In this document: in pieces, positions 37,501 to 46,600 of the stretch
Numbering within the stretch: position 1 is the first letter of the stretch
Layout: each line of letters opens with the position of its first letter
Origin: a virus
Taxonomy: Duplodnaviria; Heunggongvirae; Uroviricota; Caudoviricetes
DNA length: 64,000 nt
Reading direction: 5' to 3' (one strand)
IMG/VR virus record: IMGVR_UViG_3300048593_000385
Position numbers and translations under genes: made by a program
Notes under the pieces: model-generated
Databases searched by the model: none
The model's input: only the letters and a program-made list of their open reading frames with translations
Told to the model about the DNA's origin: nothing

Positions 37501-39639
37501 TCCGTTTGAGTATGCAGTCGCAGCTTTTGTGTCAGCATATGCAGCAGCATTGGTATATGCAGTTGCAGCGTTGCCAGTGATCTGACTTTGAACAGTAGCT
37601 AACGCCAAACCACCAAAGTTAGTGGCATTATTTGCTGTTCCTGAGAACGAAGTAGCATTTAGAGTTGCCTGAGCCACTGATCCATTGCTAAAGACGATTG
37701 CAGTTGTATTTGCCACAAGATTATTGGCAGCAGTAGAGACGTTTCCATTCAGAGTATTCGAAGCCAGCTGCAGAACAGTTGTATTTACGGTGAATGTAGT
37801 CGAGGTAACGTTCGCCGTGGCGTTGATATTATTCAGAGTTTGAACGAAAACCGTTGAGGTATTTGAGCTTTGAGTTAGCTGAGTGTTTGTGGCACCACCA
37901 ACAGCTGAGCGAACAGTATATGAGGTCGAGTTACCAGCAGAGTTTACTGTTGCATTACCAACGCCGAAAACAGTTGAGTTGGATTCAAATCCATCAGCAG
38001 CCGTTCCGACAATCAGGATTGCGGTGGCATTACCTACAAGAGTTACGTTCGCATTATGCGCAACAGTACCAGTTATTGTATAGCCACCAGCAATAACGTT
38101 GGCATATGCAGTAGCAGCATTACCAGTAATCTGATTTTGAATAGTCGCCAGAGATTGCCCAGCAAAAAGAGTTGCGTTAGCAGCAGTCCCAGTATATGAG
38201 GTCGCATTGATCAAACCGTTTGCCGCAGTGTTGGCATTGAACAGTAGAGTTGATGTGTTAGCTTGAAGGTTTGCAGTTATAACTGTTCCGATATTCAGGT
38301 TTGACAGAGTTGTCGATCCTGTAACGCCTAGAGTCGTAACGTTGGCAGTAGCAATATTCGCCGTATTTGAAATTGTCGTGTTGGTAACGTTCGCAATTGC
38401 GATCGTAGCGTTAGCAATTGTTGCAACACCAGTCACACCAAGAGTTGCTACGTTAGCAGTAGCAATATTTGCGGTGCCAGATGTAGTTGAATTGGTGATA
38501 TTCGCAGTTGTGATCACTGCTGTGGCTACTGTCGCAGTTCCTGTGACGCCCAGAGTTGCTACGTTAGCAGTAGCGATATTGGCTGTGCCAGATGTAGTTG
38601 AATTCGTGATATTCGCAGTTGTTACAACACCAGTAGCGATCGTTGCAGTTCCTGTGACCCCAAGAGTTGCAACATTGGCAGTAGCAATATTGGCTGTGCC
38701 TGAAGTTGTCGAGTTGGTAATGTTAGCGACTGTGATCGTAGCATTAACAACCGTTGCAACACCAGTCACACCCAGAGTTGCTACATTAGCTGTTGTCAGG
38801 TTAGCGGTGGTCGCTCTTACTGTCGCAATTGTACCCACACCAGTAACACCAAGAGTTCCAACGTTAGCTGTTGCGATATTAGCTGTGCCTGAAGTTGTCG
38901 AGTTGGTAATATTGGCAGTTGTGATCACTGCTGTGGCTACTGTTGCAGTTCCTGTCACACCAAGAGTTGCTACGTTAGCTGTTGCAATATTAGCTGTGCC
39001 CGAAGTTGTCGAGTTGGTGACGTTTGCGACTGTGATAGTTGCGTTAGCAATTGTTGCCAGAGACGTTACACCAAGAGTTGTCACGTTCGCGATCGCGACA
39101 TTGGCGGTGCCAGAAACCGTCATATTGGTGATGTTGGCAGTAGTAGCTCTGACTGTAGCAATAGTTCCTACGCCAGTTACACCAAGAGTTACGATGTTGG
39201 CAGTAGCAATATTGGCAGTGACAGCAGTCGCAGTATTAAGAGTTGCGGTGTTGCTGACAATAAGGTTATTGTTTGCTGTGATATTGTTGGCCAGAAACCC
39301 AACAGCGTTTACGTTTACCGAGGCATTTGCCGAGCCAGTAATGGTAACGTTGCCAGAGAATGTAGAAACATTAGAAACTGCAAGAACGGATGTGACTGAA
39401 AGAGCAGCAGGAGTATTGGCAGTGCCACCCTGAAGACCTGTGGTAACGTAAACAGTATTAGAACCAAAGTATCCATTGACATAAGCATTACCTGTCGTCA
39501 CATCAGGATTAGATGTGTTGCTGGTAGTCAGGACATAAGTGCCCATGTCATAAATCATCTGATTCGTTTTTGTCAACCAACCTGCGAATGTATCGTATGT
39601 TGGAACAACATTCGCGTTGACATATGTAGTTTTAGACAT
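34540..39639 (-). CDS. Long fibre protein, 1699 aa, Thr/Ala/Asn-rich repeats
   Basis: N-terminal DTFAGWLTKTN; 37-aa tandem repeats; C-terminal LDLSLYNFFNLT...QDATGGRTITWP domain. Confidence 0.82.
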   Translation of the reverse strand: MSKTTYVNANVVPTYDTFAGWLTKTNQMIYDMGTYVLTTSNTSNPDVTTGNAYVNGYFGSNTVYVTTGLQGGTANTPAALSVTSVLAVSNVSTFSGNVTITGSANASVNVNAVGFLANNITANNNLIVSNTATLNTATAVTANIATANIVTLGVTGVGTIATVRATTANITNMTVSGTANVAIANVTTLGVTSLATIANATITVANVTNSTTSGTANIATANVATLGVTGTATVATAVITTANITNSTTSGTANIATANVGTLGVTGVGTIATVRATTANLTTANVATLGVTGVATVVNATITVANITNSTTSGTANIATANVATLGVTGTATIATGVVTTANITNSTTSGTANIATANVATLGVTGTATVATAVITTANITNSTTSGTANIATANVATLGVTGVATIANATIAIANVTNTTISNTANIATANVTTLGVTGSTTLSNLNIGTVITANLQANTSTLLFNANTAANGLINATSYTGTAANATLFAGQSLATIQNQITGNAATAYANVIAGGYTITGTVAHNANVTLVGNATAILIVGTAADGFESNSTVFGVGNATVNSAGNSTSYTVRSAVGGATNTQLTQSSNTSTVFVQTLNNINATANVTSTTFTVNTTVLQLASNTLNGNVSTAANNLVANTTAIVFSNGSVAQATLNATSFSGTANNATNFGGLALATVQSQITGNAATAYTNAAAYADTKAATAYSNGTSYTDTKSTAAYTNAIAIANASIANGFWVAANATYAANTGAVAGVAVNPADVSDGYVLAYDVTQAKIIFKNPSNISTTLNSNTIVANSQLQAGSNGTVYVLNAYSNATSSRFDVNANVVNISVYSGAINLASNVAVTNTKTITIGTINATSIGLLANSTVLTIGNSSVATTINATSFSGTAANAALLGGVTLATVQGYATTNAAAAYTNATSYVTTGGYTITGNLGLNGNLTANSIATFRGRQVINFSNTSIDGIPGLVTFAANGTAAAPTQTTTGATVFRIDTSAAINATSYTGAASLSVVANDNITALARGSSWVFTAIPAGGATGYSMVWDGGNLKLDGATVATQTYASNATNLSTGTVPFARLPANLVFWSNSNVFTMDQTFNGNTSVVGAVNVGNTASNLTINATVSSRQSNVGTVANTRVSVASNSSGLVAQSLSINATANATSLTATVNTTTFQLSSNVLNANVSTAANTLVVNTTAIVFSNGSATQATLNATSFSGTAANATLLNGTTLATIQGQITGNAATAYTNAIAVAAGLYQTTAGLSANVLVLAANAATYLGNSATTGANIVSWITSNSATAYTNAVTDAASSASATYLPKTGGTLSGGLTITGDLQVNGTTVYANVTNLDVTDKNITVAKGAASNSASDGAGITVDIPGATFTYSGGANTWNVNRGFAPGANLTLNLGSSALFWQGVFANTINLTGGATLNATSYSGTAANATLLGGSTLATVQGQITGNAATAFSNAIANSAADASSKAGTAYTNAVAAAATDASTKAGTAYSNAVSYAATIAGTAYSNAVTAAATDASTKAGTAYSNAVAAAATDASTKAGTAYSNAINTVAGTFSVTGVHTHTANIAMSNNHITRSTLAGYSEVVFTLATATGSLGLDLSLYNFFNLTMTGNITVSPTNVPASKAVTLTIVAKQDATGGRTITWPANTKWPGGVVPPATTTANATDLWVLTTYDGGSTWFGALAGKAMA
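38340..39240 (-). repeat. ~37-aa coding tandem repeat (ANITNSTTSGTANIATANVATLGVTGTATVATAVITT)
   Basis: Several near-identical units in the translation, with internal 5-residue periodicity; boundaries approximate. Confidence 0.9.
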
Positions 39640-39835
39640 TAATACCGCCCTTTGCCAGCAAACTCTTTATTTGTTCTAATTGACTTTTCAGATCGTTCAT
39701 TTCTTTTTTGTCACTCAGAATTCTATTTCTTTGTGCCTTTAACAATTGAAGTTCTGTTACATTGTTATTTATAAGCGCACCACTATGGTGTTCTCTAAAA
39801 AAGGCAGGATCATCAGTAGGATTATACTCTGGCAT
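39632..39835 (-). CDS. Small conserved hypothetical protein with C-terminal coiled coil
   Basis: FFREHHSGALINNN..; overlaps the next start. Confidence 0.7.
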   Translation of the reverse strand: MPEYNPTDDPAFFREHHSGALINNNVTELQLLKAQRNRILSDKKEMNDLKSQLEQIKSLLAKGGINV

Positions 39836-39839
39836 TGTT

Positions 39840-42800
39840 TTATACCGACAATGCCAGAGCTCTCATATCCCTGACCTTTGGAACAAGATAATCGTTTTGA
39901 GCAGTAAACACAATCTTAATGGCGAACCTCTTGAACGAGTCATGAGCCGAACCATCAGAGGTATAGTATCTTACGATATTACCATTATTGCTATTCTTGA
40001 ATGCACTGTATGGATATGGCATAGATGCAATAATTGCCGATGAAGTATTGGCCAGCGTCACAGGATTAGCCAGAGTGATGCTGGTGTTGCTGTTGACATT
40101 GGCAACCTGATTTACTTCAAAGTTTGTTCCATACACATCCGAGTACATAGTCACAAGCTGACCAGTCTTGAATATTTGCTGCCATCTTGTGTCGCTGTTT
40201 GTTGACACGATATTTGCAGTGTTATTTGATGTTACCAATTCAAAAGATGGAATTGTGATTGGATTTCTTGGGAAGGTGTATTGATATTCTTTGTAGTCGC
40301 TTTGGTTCTGAGCGTCAGAATACAGACCAACTCCACCAACCTGCTCAAGAATCGACCAATCTTTATCTTCAAACTTTTCAGGGTCTGCCGAGTCAAGAAC
40401 CTTAGCGTATACAATCAGATTTGTTCCTAGTGGCTTGTAAGCAGTCAGATATACATTAATATCTTCAGCATCATTACCAGCGCTCAATGTAACAATCTTA
40501 GAAACTGACTTCGATTTAGCTAGACCATTATTCTTGTGCTCATTAATAGCAGAAGAGTTGATCAGATTTGACTTTACTAGCAGACCAGCGCCAGGAAGGA
40601 GATCGATCGCAGGAGACAGAACAGTTGAGTTTGAAGTCAACGTTGCAGTAATCTGAACCGACTTGTTGTTTGCCATTTTCAGAACTTCATTTGTTCTTGA
40701 GGCAACAACAACCTTGTTGTTCGCGAAGTAGTTTGTAGAATCAGGGCTATAATTTGGATAAGCAACATGAGTATATTCTGCTGTTGCCATGTTAGCGCTG
40801 TAGTTGATTGCTGTTCCTTGAGGCGCAATTGTATGAACAACTGGCTGCGCTGAGCTAATAGTCATATCATGCACACCGCCAATAATCGCGGTCGCGCCTG
40901 AGGAAGTTCCAACCAGAGTTCTACCAGCAGCAAAGAACGAAGGTGACGAATAAGCATTTGCCGCACTAGCAGCACCTGTCGCGCCATTCGCTGTTGATTT
41001 TTCAAGAATGATTAGATTTCTTGAGTAATCAATCTTAACAATTTTAGCAGCAGGAGCCTGAATTGGTATTGCCATAGAGCCAGTAGGAATTGCGAACTGA
41101 GGAACACTCTTGAGAGTGATTGATGCTGCGTTAGTTACAGTTTCTGGCCAGAGAACTTCGTGGCGCGAGTGAGTAGCATTAGCAGCGTGGATGATCAGAG
41201 GACGTTTGTCGGTTTGATCACGTTCGTTCGTATTGTTGTAGATGTCGAATCTTGTTCCAGTGCCAACAACAGTCTTCGAAGAAGGACTATACGAAACGTG
41301 TCCTGGTTCTGCTTTGTAGATATAGCATGCACTGTTAGACCATGGAGCACCAGTAATGGCTGCGCCATTGGCATATCCGAAGACCAGATTCAGACCGCCA
41401 GCGCCAACAGATAGAACTTTGAGCGATACAGCATTACCGAACAGATTGTAGTTGAATCTTCCGTATCCTTCTGGATCGACTGCAGGGAAGCTACCGCAAA
41501 TTACGATATGATCATTAACAGCAAAATCGCTCAGAGGAGCTGGATTGATCACAGTCAGACCACCATAAGCTGTCGTATTGACAGTCAGAGTGTTCGATGA
41601 TGTGTTGACAGAGCAAATAGCAACGTGAGCTGTCGGCTTCTGATAAACATATTCGCCTTCTTGGAATGCAATCTTAGAGTGGTTCATGAATGAAATAAAT
41701 TCGTAATCAGCATTCACGATAACCGCAGTAGCATTTGTCAGATAATTAACGTCATGCTGAGTGCGATTAGCAGCAAACTTCAACACCTGATTTTGCACAG
41801 GATTCCAGGTCGAGCCATTTGTTGTCGAAGTGTAGAGCACACCACGACCCCAGTTGCTGGTTACAGCACCGTTTGCAGTTGTTGTTTTGCCAACAGTTGC
41901 AGCCCACAGAGAATAATCTGGAGACTGACCGCCTGGATTTACAGCCAGAGCATAGGTGTATCCAGCTCTTAAGAATACTGGCTTCGCAAAATCAAACTTT
42001 GTCGCATAATTGCTGTTCGATGCTGCGCTAGGAGCAATAGTAACAGTTGAAGAAAGTTTTGTGACAGTTGAATATGGAAGAACTGTTGTAGTTGGACCAT
42101 TAGTATCTGTTGTGCGAATTTCAACAGATACAGGCTGTGTGTTTGATTTTGCCGAGAAATACAGATCAACTGAGCTGAGGAAGATACCGTCCTGCCCTTG
42201 AGCCATGTCAGAACCAACATAAAATGTTTGACACATTGGCTCAACTTTATATGTTATGGTACCATTACGACCACCCGCAGTATTGGCTGCAGATGTCGCT
42301 AAAGTCGGACTAGTAGCGAAAATAGTAATATCTTCGTTGTTCTGAGAGCTGAATTGAGTCGAGCCATATGTTGTGTATGCAGAACAAGTATTGTTCGCAT
42401 GTTTTCCTTCGTATGTATCGCCGACCGAGGTGTAGTTGAAGATTGCGATATTCTTTGCAGAAGTTGACCATTTACCTCCTGGGAGATAATAAACAGCAAC
42501 TGCCATACCGTTGGCATCAGTTGTGATTGCATCACCTTTGTTGCCGATCAGATTAAAATCGAGATCGCCTTCTCCATTATGGAATCTGTCTGCGCGAGGA
42601 ACCCCAGGAGCACAACTTTTTGTGATATTTTCGCCATCGAAAAATACAGAAAGCCTTGTGTTAGGGATCATACCAGTAATTTCCATCGACAACTGATGCG
42701 CTGGAATATACTGAGTTGTCAATGGCGGCAAATAACATGCTATTGGTGTTGTATCTACATTCTTATACTCAGGAGCAGGAATTACTGGAGTAGAAGAAGT

Positions 42801-43625
42801 ATTAGCAGTTGTTGTTGGAGCAACTGATGCACCTGATGATGTGTCAGGGACAACATCTTCGACCCAACGGTATATTGGTGGAGGATCTGCTGGTCCTGCT
42901 GATCCTGGTCTGTCGATTATAACAAGACGACCACGACCAGGATCGCCACGTGTAATGCCATACTGAGTTGGACCAAAGCCCCTAAATCCGCCCATGCCTC
43001 CACCAGGATTCATATCAGGCACAGGAATCTGATTCAATTGTGCATTTGAAAAGTCTTGTGTAATAGAAGTATGAATAGCTGGACCAGGAACAGTAGCAAT
43101 CAGATTGTTTGCTAGAACATTGGTAGGCATAACGTTCGCGATAGGAAACACACAAGCAGGAGTGTATGAATTCGCAATACCATTTAAAAATGCAGCAGGG
43201 TTAATCAGAGGGTTGCCAAAACTACCATAAGGAGCAGTTAGCTGATTTTGCTGGATTGTTTGTGCAGTTCCGCCGTTAACAGCAACGCTAACTGAATTTA
43301 CTGCATTGTTAACTCCGCCCATAGGAACTGAATACACGAACGAATATGGCTGACCAGCAACAAGACTCACAATAGTATTTGTTTGTAGTGCTGCATTACT
43401 GAACGAATTTACGACAGTCTCGCCATCGATGGCCAAGTAAGAACCATTCGCGGAATTGATATTGAACGTGTGGTCTCCGCTCTGAGTCGGAGTATAAAAT
43501 CCCGTCTGAACGACAGATGCTTCGCTATAAGCACGCAAAGAGGCAGTATATTCTGGTCCAAAAATACTGTCCCAATCAGTGCTGTCAAGAATCGGCGACC
43601 AACCTGCAAAAAGTGTATTTAACAT
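39840..43625 (-). CDS. Large virion structural protein (C-terminal part of a DUF4815/VrlC-like protein) with N-terminal PA14-like segment
   Basis: PMCQTFYV, GIFLSSVDLYFSAKS..PVSVEIR, TKFDFAKPVFL, EYQY, FKRFAIKIVF..PKVRDMRALAL. Confidence 0.75.
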   Translation of the reverse strand: MLNTLFAGWSPILDSTDWDSIFGPEYTASLRAYSEASVVQTGFYTPTQSGDHTFNINSANGSYLAIDGETVVNSFSNAALQTNTIVSLVAGQPYSFVYSVPMGGVNNAVNSVSVAVNGGTAQTIQQNQLTAPYGSFGNPLINPAAFLNGIANSYTPACVFPIANVMPTNVLANNLIATVPGPAIHTSITQDFSNAQLNQIPVPDMNPGGGMGGFRGFGPTQYGITRGDPGRGRLVIIDRPGSAGPADPPPIYRWVEDVVPDTSSGASVAPTTTANTSSTPVIPAPEYKNVDTTPIACYLPPLTTQYIPAHQLSMEITGMIPNTRLSVFFDGENITKSCAPGVPRADRFHNGEGDLDFNLIGNKGDAITTDANGMAVAVYYLPGGKWSTSAKNIAIFNYTSVGDTYEGKHANNTCSAYTTYGSTQFSSQNNEDITIFATSPTLATSAANTAGGRNGTITYKVEPMCQTFYVGSDMAQGQDGIFLSSVDLYFSAKSNTQPVSVEIRTTDTNGPTTTVLPYSTVTKLSSTVTIAPSAASNSNYATKFDFAKPVFLRAGYTYALAVNPGGQSPDYSLWAATVGKTTTANGAVTSNWGRGVLYTSTTNGSTWNPVQNQVLKFAANRTQHDVNYLTNATAVIVNADYEFISFMNHSKIAFQEGEYVYQKPTAHVAICSVNTSSNTLTVNTTAYGGLTVINPAPLSDFAVNDHIVICGSFPAVDPEGYGRFNYNLFGNAVSLKVLSVGAGGLNLVFGYANGAAITGAPWSNSACYIYKAEPGHVSYSPSSKTVVGTGTRFDIYNNTNERDQTDKRPLIIHAANATHSRHEVLWPETVTNAASITLKSVPQFAIPTGSMAIPIQAPAAKIVKIDYSRNLIILEKSTANGATGAASAANAYSSPSFFAAGRTLVGTSSGATAIIGGVHDMTISSAQPVVHTIAPQGTAINYSANMATAEYTHVAYPNYSPDSTNYFANNKVVVASRTNEVLKMANNKSVQITATLTSNSTVLSPAIDLLPGAGLLVKSNLINSSAINEHKNNGLAKSKSVSKIVTLSAGNDAEDINVYLTAYKPLGTNLIVYAKVLDSADPEKFEDKDWSILEQVGGVGLYSDAQNQSDYKEYQYTFPRNPITIPSFELVTSNNTANIVSTNSDTRWQQIFKTGQLVTMYSDVYGTNFEVNQVANVNSNTSITLANPVTLANTSSAIIASMPYPYSAFKNSNNGNIVRYYTSDGSAHDSFKRFAIKIVFTAQNDYLVPKVRDMRALALSV

Positions 43626-43644
43626 ATGTTTCCTCTGATTCTTA

Positions 43645-43652
43645 TATTTATA
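43645..43652 (-). promoter_or_regulatory. T4-type late promoter TATAAATA
   Basis: Exact consensus overlapping the stop of the 1463-aa gene, upstream of ATG 43625. Confidence 0.8.
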
Positions 43653-46600
43653 CTAAATTGACATTCCGATTCCAACGATCAACATCTCCGCCACCGCCAC
43701 GGCCACTGATTCCTGGGAGCGTTGGAGTGGCAGCTGCAGTGTTCGCTGAACTGGTCGTAGAAGTCGTACTATTGGCAGTTCCTGTTGCAACTGTGATCAA
43801 CGATGTGTTGAAATTGGTTGTCGGAGTTCCGCCACCACCAGAACCAAAGCCCCAAGTGGAATTGAAATTGAAGTCAAGAAGAACGCCAGAAGTGACATCA
43901 AATCCACCAAAGGTAAGAGGAATTGGCGGAATAACAATGGTATCTGTATTTGCAACAACAACAGTAGGAATAACTCCAGGTTCTGGTGTCGGATTATTGA
44001 TGATCAATGGCTTGACTACCGTAACCAGATTGAACATGTCAGGCGCAACCTCAGTATATCCTGCCTTTGGAGTTTTGGTTACTGTTGCTGTATACGTTCC
44101 AGGAAGAGCATTGGTAACAATTGTTCCGCCTTCTTGATAGAATCCTGTTGTTGTGTTCGAGCTGGTCAATGTTCTCGAGAACGAAGTATTCGGTCCAGTG
44201 ACGGAAATCGAGAATGCCGAGTATCCTAGAGCGCCAATCGCAAAGGTAATTTCGCACCCAGCAACACTTTCCACGTTTGGATAAATTCCTCCCGACCAAG
44301 CCGCAAACAACGGATCACCTGGAGCTGGTGGCGGAGGTGGTGGAGGTGGAGGAGGTGGTGGAGGTGGAGGAGGAGGCGGTGGAGATGGATCTGGAGCTGG
44401 CGCAAATGGTGGCCAGCAAACAACGTCACCAGCACCAGTATAAACAGCCTCAGCGCATCTGATTGTTTCAGTTGCTAGATTTTGGTTGAGGAATGAAACT
44501 TCAGTGGTAGATGTGTTGCTCTGGACACGAATAAAATTGCCATTTGCGGTTGTGCCAACACCATTAGCATATCTCAGCTGAATAGTATCCATTGTGTATT
44601 GTGGAACAAGAGCAGTTTCGCTGGTGCTGAATCCGATTTTGAATTCAGAATTCTGAACATCAAGCATATCTGTTGTTTGGAAGTTATCAACAAAGATACC
44701 GTTCTTGAAACGATTGGCTCCCGTAACATCTGAAACAATTGTCAGCTTGTTTGTTTTTTGCTCGAGCAGATTCAATGAGGTATAATACTCAAGGTTATCA
44801 ACACGCTTATCTAGCTTGGCAATATCTTTCATCGTATATACACGATTTTGAGCAATTGTCGAAGATGAAACGTAACTCGCGGCAACGTTGCTGGTGTTCA
44901 GAGTTCTGGTATATGATGGATATGGAGGAACAGTGATTGATGCAAGTGTCATCGTGCCTTTAATGTCAGCAGGAGGAACAGGATTATTTCCTGGACGACC
45001 TTCAACAATCTGGAACTTTCCATATGAATTCATGATCAGTTTGTCAACACGACCAACATAGTGATACATGTCACAATCGAACAGCTGATCAGGAGCAACA
45101 AGATAGAGCTCGGTGTTAGCTGTTGGTGTGTTGTTGGCAATATCACCAAGAACTGTGGTATAAGCTGGATTGACCGTGCCAGATGATGTAGAATTGGTAT
45201 ATACAGCAGTGTTAACTGCAAAAGGACGACAGTCAATAGAATCTCTTAGGAAACTCTCTCTACCCTTTGGATCGTGGTGAGAAGCAATATCTTCCCAAGC
45301 AATTACGCCATCGTTTACCAGAGTGCTATAAGAATCAGATGTAATAAAGCCTGCGCCTTGAGTTCCTGGCTTCAACGCATCAAACACGACAGTCAGAAGA
45401 TCTCCATTTGCAATTTGCACAGAAGATTTACCGCCAGAGTTGTTAAGTTGGACGAAAGAATGATCAAAGAATGCATCCTTATGACCTTTTCTTAGAGTGA
45501 ACGCAGATGTAACATCATCATTAGCTGATGTTGAGTAATATGCGTATTTCACACCATTAAATGTAGTCGTTGAAGTCGCAGCTGACGATAGAACCAATGT
45601 CGTTGAGTTTAGGACGTTGGCAGTCGCGCCAGCAGGAATACCCTTACCGTTAACAACAACACCATTGGAGAATCCTGTAGTGCTGGCAACTAGGAAGTGA
45701 GTGCACCCACTAGATGTGTTCCCAATTACAACGCCAGTGTTGGATGATTTGTAGATATTCTTGATACGATAAGCATAAGGAATACCCAAGCACCATGGCC
45801 CAGCCACACCTCCAGAGTTGTTTGAAGTATTGATTTTAACAACAATATTGCTGTTCGATTGCAGACTTCTATCTGCGGCTGCAGGCTGTTTGGCATTATG
45901 AGTGACTGCAATCGACATATTTGCTGTCAGCGTTTCAGCCACATTATTTGAAGAGATAAGAGTAATTCTCATGTTCTGAGCAGCAGTATCGGTAATTTCA
46001 ACCTTTGAGTTGCGCTGAGACAGATTGATTGGGTAGTTAATAGGATAGCACTTAGCATGAGAAGCAGAATTATTTGAGTGAGCATAAGCTCTCGTCATCG
46101 TCATGAACGTGCTATTTGAGATGTTTCTAATTTGGTTGATGATACCATTGTCAGTAACAACAAAGTCGCCGATCTGATATTGAGTGGTAAACTGAGTTGC
46201 TCCGTTAGCGATAACGTTGGCGCTACCGTTTGTGATTACTAGATTACCAGACTTCGTTAGCGTTACGTTAGCATAAGTTGCTCCGCCAGAAAACGCATAC
46301 GGGATAACAACCAATGATCTTTCTTGAGTTTCGGTCAGAGTAACATTCGAACCATAAGGGAATACGGTGGTATTACCCAAAGTGATCAGCGAAGACTGAC
46401 CTGAAGCAGCAAGGATCGTTGTATTTGAAACTGTGCGGTAAATGTATTTCGGCAGATTGCTCGATTGAGTAAAGTTTCTCAAGCCTCTTTTGGCAGAAGG
46501 GAATACTAGAGAAGAATCTGCTGGGTTTTGAACGGCAGCAATATATGTGTTTGTAGATGTCGATAGAGTTGAGTCTAGAGATCTTGCCACGTCACCAAAT

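Noticed and set aside
38342-39433. 363-aa plus-strand ORF
   Set aside because: Antisense shadow of the Thr/Ala/Asn repeat region of the 1699-aa fibre; no RBS or promoter seen.
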